Assembly: GCA_013239625.1 (NCBI GenBank)
Contig: MU053860.1
Location: 1 to 64,000 of the forward strand
Reading direction: 5' to 3'
Length of the DNA stretch: 64,000 nucleotides
Origin: Lama guanicoe
Taxonomy: Eukaryota
Shown here: positions 50,401-63,596 of the stretch, one piece after another
Layout of the letters: each line of letters starts with the position of its first letter
Position numbering within the stretch: the stretch's first letter is position 1
Notes under the pieces: model-generated
Told to the model about the DNA's origin: nothing
Database searches by the model: none
What the model saw: the letters and a program-made list of their open reading frames with translations, nothing else
Program-made: the position numbers and the translations under genes

Positions 50401-53400
50401 GCCTTGTTTCTCCTTTAATGCTTTGGTCCAAATGTGGACACTTCATACTTCACTGACTTGGTATTGCTTGAGACAGGCCAGACTTTCAGAAAGAGTCCAT
50501 CAAATTCTCTGGGGGAACATCACAGAAGTAAGTGTAGCAGGTAGAAGGAGTCTAGGCTGTCTGGGTTGGCAAATGCAGGCTGGGATCTGTGATGACTGGG
50601 CTATGCCCTGGACACAGGCCTTTCCCATGGCTCCCAAGAGCCCAGTGTTTTGAGTGAGAACAGCCTTGCCTGGGTTCCTCCATCCTCATCTGCTCACTGG
50701 CAAGTGTGTCTGCTAATTAGGAGCTCCCCTAGACCTCGGGCCCTTCAAAGTTCAGACCACAGGAGAACATTGAGTCCCTTCTCCTGGGCATCCTGTGTGA
50801 GAATCCAGTGCCTTCTGAGGTGACTCATGCCAGGAGATGCCTCCCCCTCCAGGGAGCACCCTTTGGAAGACTGTGACTGACTGCACCATGCTGTGAGCTT
50901 GTGGAGTTACGGCCATGGTCCCTGCAGAACCAGACTTGAGATGGGCTTAGCGATGGAAATGACAAGACAGATTCCAGGGCAGGGCTAGGGGGAGGGAACA
51001 GGGGAAATTGAATGTGATATCAAATACCTAGGTGGGTGCTGGGGCTGTTAATAAAATGGGGAGCCTGCGAGGTACCTGCCAGAAATGGAATTCCAGAGTA
51101 AATAGTGGACATGAGGCATTTTTAAGATGCCATTTGTCATCCAAGTTAGGACTTCAAAGAGGCATTCGGGTCTATGAGCCTGGGGCTCAGGTGAAGTAGC
51201 CGGACTAGAGATACACGTTGGGAGTCATCATTCTTAGCTGATGTTCACAGCCTTGCATGTGGATTAGCTCATCTCAAGAGGTGCAGGCCAAGGCTGGGGG
51301 GGGAAAGGGCTGTGCTTTGGTTGGAGGGAAGCCCAGACCATACAGCTTTGGTGTGTCAGTGAGTGGCATTTGTGATTTTCAGAGCAATGCCATTTATCCT
51401 TAAGGAGCCACCCAGGAAGAAAACTGAAGGGAGGGTTGTGGCCACATGTGGGCATCTTGGGATGGTGCAGAGGCTGCAGGGTCTGGAAGGGGAGACTCCT
51501 CAGAAGCTAGAGTTGGAGTGGGAAATGGGGAGAAGGTAGTCACACTCACCTGTGAGGGAGGGAGGGAGGCATAGGGAGTCCCCACCCTACCAGACTCACT
51601 TTCCCATGAACAGAAGGAAATCAGAGGATCTGAGGTGAGAAGGGATGGGTGCTGGGAGAGGAGCCAACCTGGAGAATGGTGCTTGGACAGTTGTGGAATA
51701 GCCTCCCTGCAAAATAGAGTTAAGAAAACTGAGACTCTTAAGAACGCTGATAGTGACTGGGGAGGAGACAGTTCTTTTTCTTGCCTCCTAAGGGTAAGTC
51801 ATGTATCCGGGGATACACAGAAGAATCGAGCAGTCTGTTCCAGGGCCTTGATCCTTACCAGGGGGATCAGTGAAAGTTTAAAGGGGGAGAAGGGCAGCGG
51901 AGGGAAACTAGCCAGGCCCGTGTCAGGTACCAGTCGACTGCCCTCCTTGCGTGTTGCATACACATCCATGCCTCCCAGGTGATCGGTGGCAGCCCCCTTT
52001 TGCGGATTGGGAAGCCTTCTCAGAAGGGTTAAGGAATTGGGCCATTTAGCGGCTAACAAATGCTGTAGCAGGATTCAATCAGGGCATTGTCAGACTTCAA
52101 GGGCATGTTCTCTCTACTAATTCTGGTACCTCCCTGTTGTACGTGGAATGGTGAAGAGGGTCAGTTTTAGAGCCTTTCAGAAAAAGTGCGATTTAAGTAC
52201 CTCAGGACTGTTTCACAAAGCTCAGTGTTCTTTGATGGTTCAGAAGCACTGCAATGCTTTATGCCCCACAGAGGTAAGGTCTTACTCCTTTGATGATGAC
52301 GTGGTTGCAAATGACATAGAGGTGCAAAACCAGACTTAGCAGCTTGTGAATGGAAACTCTCCAGTTCTCCCTTGATAGACTTTCTTCCACGGGATGTAAC
52401 TGTGCTGCAGAATAGGCCTGAGCTTTCCATATGGAGTGAGGGTTTGATATCCAAAGTTAGCATAAAACGGTCAGATGGAGAAAATCATTGACAATTTATT
52501 TTTGGGTTTCATTAGACAAGATATACTATCAGTTAATGGCCCATATAGTGAATGAAATTGAGTAAACAACATTGCATTTCTTCCTTTCTATTTAGAGTTC
52601 TCTTACAGAATAAAGTTGCCTGCTTTGGAACATCAGCTCCACCACCAGGGCTCCTGTCAGTGTGTTGGTGTGATTGCATTTACACAGTGAATGTAATCTG
52701 GGCTTCCTCAGTCCCAAACACTCCAGTGCAGAATCACAGGCTGTAGCCATCTCTTAGTCACACAAATACTTCTAAAATTATATGATGCCAGGAAAGAATA
52801 TATACATTTCTTTGCATGTAACCTCAGTTTTGGACTAGAACAACAAGCTCTTGCTGTCCACAAGCCACAAAAATATTAGCCAAATTGCACACGTGTGAAA
52901 TATTTTATTCTTTTTTCTGAGAAAGAATCCTTGAATTTGGGACTTGGGCTGTGATTTTTGCTTTTTGCTTCTCACACCCCTCTTGTAATCTCTCACTCCT
53001 TCCCACCTGGCCCCCAAGAGGTCGTGGTCTCAAAGGAGCAAGCAAACACACAGTTGGTCACCATGCAGTGCTACTGTAGATGGAGACCTGCCAAGACCTA
53101 AAGGACATTATCAGAGAGGACTTCCTGGAAGAAATGGGCTCTACATTCAGTAGTGAGTACAGAGTAAGTGTCAGCCAGGAGAAGGAATCAAGAGGGTGGC
53201 TCTGGTGGCAGGAGCAGCCAGGCAGAGGCCTGGAGGCTTGTTAGTGGGGACTCGATGAGAGTCCCCTGTGCAGTCTAGGGTGGAGGGTGCTCTGCTGGGG
53301 AGGACACTGGAGATGGCCTGGTGTGGAGGGTTTTGGAAGAGCTTGGGTTTTACTAGAACTGACACAGGAGGCAGTGAAGGGTGTCAGTAGGAAGTGACCC

Positions 53401-55071
53401 TCAGGACAGGTACTCCTGGTTTTGCTTCTGTTGTTCTACAGAAAGAAGGGGTCAGGATGGGTGATATCAGCTCTGTCTGTACATTTGAGACCCACCCCTT
53501 CATTAATTTATTCATAACATGCGCACTTCTGAGTGTGTAGGGGAGAGGGATGGACCCACTGTAGTAAGGAAATCGTACTTGCCTCTTGCAAGCTTAGCAG
53601 TTTCAGAAGTTGACCCAGTGTAGATGGTTCTAGGAACATAGCAGGGGCCCCTAACTAAAAGTGCGGGTGTTGGAGGCAGGGAAGGCTTCCTTTAGATATA
53701 GTGAAAATGAGCCTGGAGGAGAGTGGGAAGTAGCAGGTTGTCAGGGGGCCCCTGAGATCACTGGGGACCTGGGTACTGAAGTGAGGCTGGGCAATTAGGG
53801 GCAGGGGTGGGGGTGGGGCTAGAACTCTACTAGGGAACCCCTGAAGGGCTTGAAGTAGGGGAGTGATGTAATCAAATTTGTGTTTTGGGAACACTGCTCT
53901 GGTTGTTTGTTTGTGTGTCTGTGTGCAGTTGGGAACAAGGGGAGGGTGCCACCAAGTGAGAGGGTCATTAGAATACAATTCACAAGCCGGGAGATGACCA
54001 GTGGGAGAGGGGCATCGGGGCTGCCTGGGGACGGCAGGGGCAGTGCAGATGCAGTATCTCCTTATGGGGAAGGCTTGTTAGCAGGGCTGCCCTAGTGGCG
54101 CCTTGTGGCTGGAAGAAAACAGATGGAGGCCTCCAGGTGGACTTTCCTCTTCTTCCCTGCCTTGTATGATGATCTTTGCTCAGCCAACATTTGGAACAGA
54201 AGAGCTAAGTTCCAAGGTAGCCCAGGACTTTGTTGAGCTCGTTTGAGTGAGATCTAATCGGATTTATGTGTGTGATGAGATCTGCACGTTCACTTAGATA
54301 GAAATGCCCCATCTTTTGGATTTCCATAGGTGTTTTAATTCTTGATAAAAATTGCTTTCTTGGTGAGAGGAAATTGAATGCAGCTACTGTTTTTCTCAAA
54401 AAGAAAATCTTATTTTTAAAGAAATTTAATATTCAAAAGAATAGGAATATTTAAAAATGATAAAGTAAGTCTTTGGTGTAATTTCTTTGGTTTCTGAGTT
54501 GATGTGGAGTTAGAGCCTTTGCATTACTTAATAGCACATCCTTGTCAGTATTTAAAGAGCTGTTAGTGAGTGACCCAGGCCCCACCTCTCAAAGCATCAC
54601 TAAAGCTTGCTCTGAAATAGTGAGGTCATAAAGGTATTGTTTGCAAAATCCAAAGAGTTGGTTTATAATATGCAGCATAGCTCTCTTTATAAAATAATAA
54701 AAGGCTCAAAATTAAGAAATTGGAACACAATTGATTTTTTTTTGAAGCTGAAAGATATTCTTGTGCTAATGTTGTGACTGGAAATTTTGGAAAGAAAAAT
54801 CCTACAGTAATATTATGTATGTGAAATACATATAAGCCTTTCATGTTTGAAAAATAACTACGCAGTGTTTTTCTAAGTCAGGACCATTCCAGCTCCGATA
54901 CTGGTAGTGATGGTTGCTGGTTTTCAATAGCAGAGCCTAAATTTACCTTCTTTGATTTTTTTTTTTGTAGTGAGAGGATTGAGTAGAGCTTTGCCAGCAT
55001 GATTTTGGGGCAATTTTGGGGCAGACGTCGTGCACCAGCAATGAGACATTTCTTTGCATTTTACTTTCTGG

Positions 55072-55165
55072 ACATCACCTGGCTGGGATGCTGTAGGACT
55101 CCCTGGTCCATCACCATTTGTCCTGGAGCTGCTCCAGACAGTGAATGACTTTCTGTGGCTTGGAG
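55072..55165 (+). pseudogene. TRAPPC9: TRAPPC9 second coding exon, decayed
   Basis: ACATCAC/CTGGCTGGGATGCTGTAGGACTCCCTGGTCCATCACCAT...GAGCTGCTCCAGACAGTGAATGACTTTCTGTGGCTTGGAG reads AGML*DSLVHHH../[13 protein letters not shown] (human [28 protein letters not shown]). The KKRCQGRMRKHVGDLC segment is deleted, and both splice dinucleotides read GG. Confidence 0.9.
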
Positions 55166-55509
55166 GGAAGGTGATCTGATGCAGATGATCAGATGTGTAG
55201 TTAAAGTGCTGTTACTTGAAATAAGAGGAAACCTAGAAAAATGGCTCTAAAATACTGGATGAGGGAGGAGAATTGTCTGAGTTGCCTGCAGTGGGGAAAC
55301 TTCTCAGGTGACTCCCTCACTGTGTATCCTGTCACACTCCCTCATAGCTCTGAACAGCAGTCCTTCTGAAACAAGCATGCACTTTCTCAGAAATGCGCTG
55401 AATTTCCTTGTGCCTCTGTTTGTTGGCCTTTATTAAAAGCATATCTTGCCCTTTGCTTAAATGCCATCCCTGTTAGTCACCACTGACACATATTGTTCCG
55501 GACCTCATC

Positions 55510-56040
55510 CATATATAGCTGCTAAATTGATGAACAGAATGTAGTATCTCTATGTAGTGGAATATTATTCAGATATAAGAATGAAAAAAATGAAAAAGAA
55601 AAAAAAAGAAGATGAAAATGGCCACCTGCTCTTGAAACTCCACCCTGACTACTCAACCCGCCCTTTTCCCTTTGAATCCCCACCCCTTATACTCCACTCT
55701 ACTCTTTTTGATAGTACTTACCACCTTCTGATAAACTTTAACATTTTCAAAAAGAAAAAAGAAAAAGATGCTGATACCACTTCGTAATGGTCAAGCCTTG
55801 ATAACAGTATCTTAAGCGAAAGGAACCAGACACAAACAGCCACATATTGTTGATTTCAGTAATCTGAAATGCCCAGAATAGGCACATGCAGAGGCAGAGA
55901 GCAGGCGTTGATTGCAAGGGGCTGGGTGGAGGGGGGATGGGGAGTGACTACTAGTGGACAGGGGGTTTCTTTTGGGATGATGGAGTGTTCTGGAAATAGA
56001 TGGTGATGAGGGCTGCACAACCGTGAGTGTACAGAAGACT
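55510..56040 (+). mobile_element. Old L1MB-type 3' end
   Basis: GTGGAATATTATTCAG...AAGGAACCAGACACAAACAGCCACATATTG...GGAGTGTTCTGGAAATAGATGGTGATG. Confidence 0.8.
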
Positions 56041-57129
56041 GCTGAGCGCTGTCTCTGGGAGTGCCTGTTGTTGGGACGGCTTTATTTTATTCTCACCCTG
56101 CAATGTGAAGGGTCATCTTGTGCTGTGGCTGTTCTACTCCTGTGAGTGGTGAGACTCAGAGACTTTGCAGAGTCATGTTTCTTTTTCCCCCTTGCTAAGT
56201 GTAGGCAAAAAAAGATTTAAGCCTGAGAAAGTGCTCCATCTGCAGAAATGTCTTCTAGTTTTGCATGATGTAAAAATCTTGAGAGCTTTTTAATCATTGA
56301 GGACAGCTTGTGGTGGGAAATAGCCCGTGAAGCCTGGGTGAGACCTAGAAGAGCCGCGCTTCCCTCCCTGACACGGGTGGGAATTTCAACCCCATTCAGG
56401 CAGTGAAGGGCCCAGACCCGTGAGCGGAGTTGACAATCGTGAATATTTATATTTATTCGTTGCTTCATCTTGGATATTAATTACAAGCTGAGTCAGTTTG
56501 TGGCGGCAGCCTCATCCTACAACAGGAATTTATAGTATCTGCTCTTTGAGGTGAAGACCAGACAGACTTGATTATTTAACAGTTTCCCTTGAATTGCTAT
56601 CTCAGATTCCTTTGTCAAAAGCAAAACAGCAGAAATACAGACATCCTTTAATAATAATGTGACCTGAAGCAGGTTTAGTCTCTGTGCATCAGTGGCCTTA
56701 TCTTTGGGTAGGGAAGATGATAACAGTGCTTCCCTCAGAGGGGCTGGTGGGGGGGGAGTGAGAAGCACAAATGGAGGACTTACACACGATGCTTATGAAT
56801 GACTGGATTTAATGATCTCAGCCTGATGAGGCTTCAGGGGCAGAGATGTCAGAACAGAGCAGTCCTAGCCAGAGCTTGATCCATGTTGGCAGCTGTGATT
56901 ATGATCAGTATCACCACTGTGGGTTATCAGGTAGTTTTAAGACTTGGTAATATGAATTCATGAATAATGTTAAAAGACTAGACATCTCAGATCCGGTTTA
57001 CATAGTTTTCAAGATTTCCTCTGATAAAAGTGTGTCTTTTTTCCCCAACTTAAATCTGAGTTGTGTCTGCAGAAGAATTCTGTAGTCCTCCACCTTTGTG
57101 CTTTAATTCTCCATTTTTTTCAAAAAACG

Positions 57130-57215
57130 TTTTTAAATGGAATTACTGGGGACTGAACTGAGGACCTCATGCATGCTAAACACGTGCTCTCCCAACTGAG
57201 GTATAATCCCCCCCC
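57130..57215 (-). mobile_element. Vic-1-like SINE
   Basis: TACTGGGGACTGAACTGAGGACCTCATGCATGCTAAACACGTGCTCTCCCAACTGAG. Confidence 0.8.
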
Positions 57216-59120
57216 TATTTTTTTTAACTTTACTTTCTTAGTATTCAGAGGTTAGAGGCCTCTAATTCTTTTTCTTGAGACTTGTTCATGAACCTGAAAT
57301 GGACAATACTTGGCTTATTAAAAAAATCAATAGAACATTCTTCAATCCATCCAAAAGGAAAAGCTCATTGACTTAAAATGTTTCTCCTTTATGGTGATTT
57401 CTACTTTTTTGTCTAGCTTAATTTGTTAACAGCCATCCTAATCATCATAATGACCAAATTCGCCCTGAGTGGGCACCGACCAAGGACTAAAATGCTTTCC
57501 TCATGTTTTACGTCATAGCAGGTGTTTGAGAGTAGGTATCAGTGTCTCCTTTTTAGAGAGATGGGGCAGCTCGTCCCAAATCACACACAGCTGGCGGTGG
57601 CAGGCTCAGGGCTAGAACCCAGGCTGCACAGGATCCATTCTCAGTTGCTCTTCTAATCAGCCTCCTGTTGAGTGGTTTCCCAAACTCCTGTGAGTCCAGA
57701 AATGACTGATTTTAGTGATCTCAGCCTGATGAGGCCTTCAAAGGAGAGACACCAGTGAGAATGTGAGACAGAGTGGCATAAATTAAAATTGTACATTTTC
57801 ACAAATGTTTTATTCTCAGCTGGTGGCTTAAAAAGTTAGTGTTATTTATTCTAGTGTTCTGCAAGCACTAAAAACAAAATATTAAAAATGATTATAATAC
57901 AAAAGAAAAGTGAGCTTTGAAAGTCCAACCACTGCTAATGACTCATTGCTTGTTTTTCTCTAGTGGTGCTTACTGAGAGAAAAATTTACAAAGTCTGAAT
58001 TTGTTTTATGTAGTTTTAGTATGGAAGAAAAAATTGTCAGTGAATATTGAAAGTAAAATCTTGAATCTTTTCTTTCCTGATGATGAATATGTAAGTTGTT
58101 TTTCATGGCTTAAGTACATTTCCTCATTTGTGAAATTTGAGTAATGCTGTTAAACTTGTCTTAACTCTAAGATTTAGATGCCTTGTATACAAAGCACCCA
58201 AGAGGTGTTCAATAAAAAAAGTGCTGTCACAATGACAGTTCAGAAGAATCAGCTCTGAATACTAAAGAGGGTGGCTTATTTCTGATACATATTCAATATG
58301 TATATATATGATATATATAAATATGATTTACAGTAATAAGGATTCAGTTGGTTTTTAGTGCAGTATGAAGTTTTGATGAAATCAATGTCATTCTTGTATG
58401 ATATGGACTAGTTAAATTGCCTTAAGCAGACGATCTTGAAGATTATTTACACAGAATGTGTATTTTTACAACTCAGAATTCATATTGCCGTGTAACCATC
58501 CACTAGAACTTTTAAATTTGTGGGAATATGACCAGAATCATTAATTTAGAAAATTCAACATTAAATATTTTCAGGAAATAAGCTCATCTCATCTGTGATT
58601 GAAGAAAATTTTGATTTTTTTTCTGTACTCTTATAGGTTTTAAAACATCAAAACATTGATTTGACATGTCACTTTTTAAATGGAGAGAATAAAGCTCAAG
58701 CTGTTTTAATACATAAATTAATCTTTTTGCATTTCAACAAAATGATATGATTTCCTGACTCTTTGGGAAGACTATTTTGCAAGACACTTAGATTACCCAC
58801 TGTTGGAAAAATGCAGAAGTGAAATTTATGAATATAGGCCTAGTACAGATCTGTTGGCATTTGACATAGTGCAAGACATGAGGACTAGGAGAGCTTTGCT
58901 GCTGATTGCCAGAAGGACAGATCCCAGGTCTCAGTCTCCCTGCCTGTAAAGTGAAAAGGCTGGACTTTCCTCTTGTAAGATGAATTTCCATATGCCTATG
59001 TCTTTTGTTTATATTCAGGACTATTATCAATTTCAGATTAAATGCTGAATACCGCTCTCTTCCCAGAAGCAGAATTCATTATGTGCTAGATAAGCTTTCA
59101 GTTATCTGATTCTTCTTTCT

Positions 59121-60405
59121 TTCCTTTTTTAAATTTTATTTTATTGAGTTATAGTCAGTTTACAATGTTGTAACAATTTCCAGTATAGAGCACAATTTTT
59201 CAGTTATACATGAGCATGCATATATTCGTTGTCACATTGTTCTTCACTGTGAGCTACCACAAGATCTTGTATATATTTTCATATGCTATACAGTATAATC
59301 TTGTTTATCTATTCTATATGTACCTGTCAGTATCTACAAATTTCAAACTCCCCGTCGGTCCCTTACCACCACCTTCCTCCCTGGCAACCACAAGTTTGTA
59401 TTCTATGTCTATGACTGTTTCTGTTTTGTATTTATGTTCATTTGTCCCTTTCTTTTCTTTTTTGAATTCCACATATGAGTGATCTCATATGATATTTTTC
59501 TTTCTTTTTCTGGCTTACTTCACTTAGAATGACATACTCCAGGGACATCCATGTTGCTGCAAATGGCATTATGTTGTCATTTTATGGCTGAATAGTATTC
59601 CATTGTATAAATATACCACCTCTTCTTTATCCAGTCATCTGTCAATGGATATTTAGACTGTTTCCATGTCTTGGTTATTGTAAATACTGCTGCTATGAAT
59701 ATTGGGGTGCAGGTGTCATTTTGAAGTAGGATTCCCTCTGGATATATGCCCAGGAGTGGGATTCCTGGGTCACAGGAAGTCTATTCCTAGTCTTTTCAGG
59801 AGTTTCAATACTGTTTTCCACAGTGGCTGCACCAAACTGCATTCCCACCACAGTGTAGGAGGTACCCTTTTCTCCACAGCCTCTCCAGCATTTCTCATTT
59901 GTGGACTTTTGAATGATGCTCATCCTGACAGGTGTAAGGTGATACCTCATTGTAGTTTTGATTTGCATTTCTCTGATAATTACTTATACTGAGCATTTTT
60001 TTTTCTATGCTTATTGATCATTCATATGTCTTCATTGGAGAATTGCTTGTTTAGGCCTTCTGCCCATTTTTGGATTGGGTTGTTGTTTTTCTCTTACTAA
60101 GTTATATGAGCTGTTTGTATATTCTGGGGATCAAGCCTTTGTCAATTTCATCTTTTGCAAAAATTTTTTTTCCCATTCTGTAGATTGTCATTTTGTTTAA
60201 CTTAGGTTTCCTTTGTTGTGCAAAGCCTGTAAAATTAATTAGGTCCCATTTGTTTCTTCTTGCTTTTATTTCTATTGCTTGGGTAGACTGTCCTAGGAGA
60301 ACATTTTTGATATGTATGTGAGATAATGTTTTGTCTATGTTTTCTTCTATGAGGTTTATTGTATCTTCTCTTATGTTGAAGTCTTTAATCCATTTTGAGT
60401 TTATT
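59121..60405 (-). mobile_element. 5'-truncated L1 (ORF2 C-terminus and 3'UTR) with TSD
   Basis: ORF 59693-59968 reads [52 protein letters not shown] (59107-59120) / TGATTCTCGTTTCT (60406-60419). Confidence 0.95.
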
Positions 60406-61859
60406 TGATTCTCGTTTCTGATCCTACAGGAAATTTTTGTGTTGCATCTTTCCCGGCAACCTGGAAAGGATTTTTAGCCATAGGTGGCGCTGTTGCACCT
60501 TCTTACAATCTTAATTTTCCTGTTTGTAAAAGAATGCTTAAACAACGTTATTTTATTTTGATTTCTTTCCTTAATGCTTCAGGATAGCACAATGTCCATT
60601 GTGTCTGTCTACCTGGAAAAATTATTCTACTTAGATCTAACTTTTATTCTGTCATCTCACTGTGAACATTTCAGACTTGCTGTGCAAACAATGGCAAAAT
60701 CGGACTTTTCTTCCAGTGTTAGAAACCAGTGAGCCAGGATTTTATTAAACTGCTAGAAGCAGCCTCTGGAGCACCTTAAAGCTGAAAACTGTACTGGGTT
60801 CCCTGAGTATTGACCCTGCCACTGTGTGTTAATTGGTGGGAGGTGATTTGGTATATATAGGAAGGGGTGTAGCTTTGTTTGCATGCACCCACTGCCACTG
60901 AGCCACGAGAACCCGAGTCAGTTCATACTGAGTTTTTCCATTGTCTGTGTGATGGGGACGCTCATATCTGCTTTGTAGAATTGTGAGAATTAGAAATTAT
61001 GTAAAGTATTTAGCACAGTGGGTATCTCAGGAGGGCTCATAAACTTTAGCTCCTGTTTTGTATGAAGCCATCATTTTATAGTCTTTGGCAATTTCTAAGA
61101 AATAGCAAAATAAGAAAGCTGGATTTATGATGAAAGATATTTAAAAAGGTTCCATTGTTCCTATACTCATAATTTAGCATCAGTAGAATCAGGACCATTA
61201 CACAGTCACACTGAACCAACGTTAAGCCACAGAATTTTTTGTTAATTAGTATACGTTGGGGCTTAAGGGGACCCAATACTTATACACATGTTGTCTCCAG
61301 CAGCCAACTGAGAGATGACACAGAAAAATGGGCAAGTGATTAACATCTCCTTTATTACTGAGGAAGCCATGTTTTCCATGAACCTCAGGGCTGTGAGAAA
61401 ATGGGTGTCATGTTACTTTGTCCCAGAACTAGAGACTCACCCTATCCCAGGTAGCTCTGTGCCACAGCAAGCCTTCCCTTGAGAGGATCTGCCCCATCAT
61501 GCACAGGGCTGTCCTGCCATGGAGCTGAGCATCCCGGGTGCTTCCCGAGGGTGGCCAACAAAGGAGAGAAAAGAAGGTTTTCACATGCCCTGCTTGTCTC
61601 CCAGATTCACAGCTCACTCTGTTAGTGTGACAAGGGCTAGCTGTGGGCCAGGGTTCAGGGGTGTGAAGGGAGAAGCACTCTCCATGGCCCAGAGGAGTAG
61701 GGAGGAGACATCCCCTCCCGCAGTTTAAACAGGTGATGGGATGGAAGAGAATGGTGTTCCCCAAGAGTTTATAAAAGGAGAAATAAGGATTTCCTTTGGG
61801 ACTTTGTCGAGCAAGGAAATACTGATGATTGATTAGAAGGAAGATTTGTAAATCACTTT

Positions 61860-62092
61860 AATATTAAGTTAACATTGTTGAGCACCAAAAATATGCTACA
61901 TTCTTTTCTGAGCATTTTATAGAATTGAATCCTTCAATCTTCAAAACAAGCAAGTAAAAAAGGTTTTATTTTTTTCCCAGTTTTACAGTGTGGAAAATGA
62001 GGCACACAGAGGGTAAGTAATTTGGCCAAGGTCACAGAGCTAGTAAGTGGCAGAGCTGGGATTTAAACCCTGGCTGTCTGGTTTCCAGGCTC
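61860..62092 (-). mobile_element. MIR SINE
   Basis: AATGAGGCACACAGAGGGTAAGTAATTTGGCCAAGGTCACAGAGCTAGTAAGTGGCAGAGCTGGGATTTAAACCC. Confidence 0.85.
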
Positions 62093-63494
62093 CCAGAGAT
62101 GGGCTGTGAGTGTTTAGAGGTATCTGTATGTCTGGGTCTCTGTAACTCTGTACATCAGTTACCCCAGAAAAGACAGGGGAAGGAGAGTTACACAGGTGCT
62201 CACAGTTGTGTCTCAGCCACTGTCCAGGAGAGTGCACCATGATTAACAGTGTTTTCCAGACAGCATGTCTGTTCATATAACATTGAGTTAATCTAGAAGC
62301 CCTCCCTGCATTGCTTCTGTCCATGCTTGCCATATGACCAACTGCCCGTGATTGAGCTGTTGAGGAGAAAATGTACTGATGGTTGAACTCTGATATTTCA
62401 GTCTGGTTCATAGTTTCATGTCTCTTGTTACATTAATAAGTTAAACGTCTGGCTTTCTTGCATCAGTTTGGTTAATGTGAGACCAGTCCATTGGAGCCCA
62501 GGGATGCTGATGGTATAATTTCTGAGTACATTTTGGCACTTCTACCCATGCAGACCTGGCTGGAGAATGTCCCCCTTCCCCACTGATTTCTCCTGACAGC
62601 AGCGTCCTCTCCCAGCCCTGCATGTGAGGCTGAGAGCTCTCTGAGTAGGCCAGACAGTCAGAGGTAAACTCTACAAATCAGAAAATTATAAAGTACCTGG
62701 AAGTGGGTTTAATAGACAAAAAGGGCTTCCAGGTAGTCTGATGGACTCTTTGAGGCTGTTTGTTGAAAAGCTGTCCACTGTTTGTGGTTAAGCTGCTTCT
62801 TTGCTGTTGAAAAGTTGGGATTAGATGAAAGGATTTTAAAAAGCAGAAAGGAGTGATTTCAGGTGGTACATCCACACTGGTGAGAAGTGATGGATGACCG
62901 CCTGTGTGAGGCATAGACAGAGTGTTACAAGCTTCATAAAACAGCTTTAAAAGCTCTGCCAACTGAGTTCACTTCATTTGGGGTCTAGTTCATCACTGGT
63001 CGTGCTGAGAGGGCAAGTAACTGATGATGGCAGAAAGGACATGGAGGCATCAAAAAGATCTCAGTCATGTTCCCTGTTTAAAGGATGTGGCACAGTGTAA
63101 TATATTTGAGCTGGTTATTCACTGAACAGTTTTGAGTGTTTTCTGGGACTCCCCAGTGCCCCAAGGTTGCATGCAGCTGGATGTCCCCTCAGTGCAGCTC
63201 TGTCAGCACTTGTCCTGGGCTGACGTGATGTCACGGGGAGCAGGATGGTCAGTGTCCCCGGCTCCTCCGAGCTCCGTCTCCTCATCCGCAGTGACAGGTT
63301 TCTCATCCCTGTCAACTTTTTAGGGTTGCTGAGAATCACACGTGATGGATGTCAGGTATGATTTGTGGTTGTCCCTGTGTTTGGCATAGTCAGTATTTGA
63401 TAGAAACACTGGTTTTTTAAATTATACTTGTGGCTCCTAGATTGCAGTGGTTTTTAGTTTGCATTTTTTTATAATTTTATTCTTATATATAAAT

Positions 63495-63596
63495 AGGCAC
63501 TTATTTTTATTTATTTTTATGGATGTACTGGGGATTGAAGCCAGCACATTGTGCATGCTAAGCAGGTGCTCTACAACTGATTAATACCCACCCTCC
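63495..63596 (-). mobile_element. Vic-1-like SINE
   Basis: GTACTGGGGATTGAAGCCAGC...TGTGCATGCTAAGCAGGTGCTCTACAACTGA. Confidence 0.75.

Noticed and set aside
60474..60495. CTCF-like motif GCCATAGGTGGCGCTG
   Set aside because: One base short of the core spacing, and a single motif cannot be supported without binding data.
63110..63356. Exon-like segment ending CAG|GTATG, with faint TRAPPC9-like words (GYSL, VTGF)
   Set aside because: No collinear match to any TRAPPC9 exon I recall, and stops occur in all three frames.
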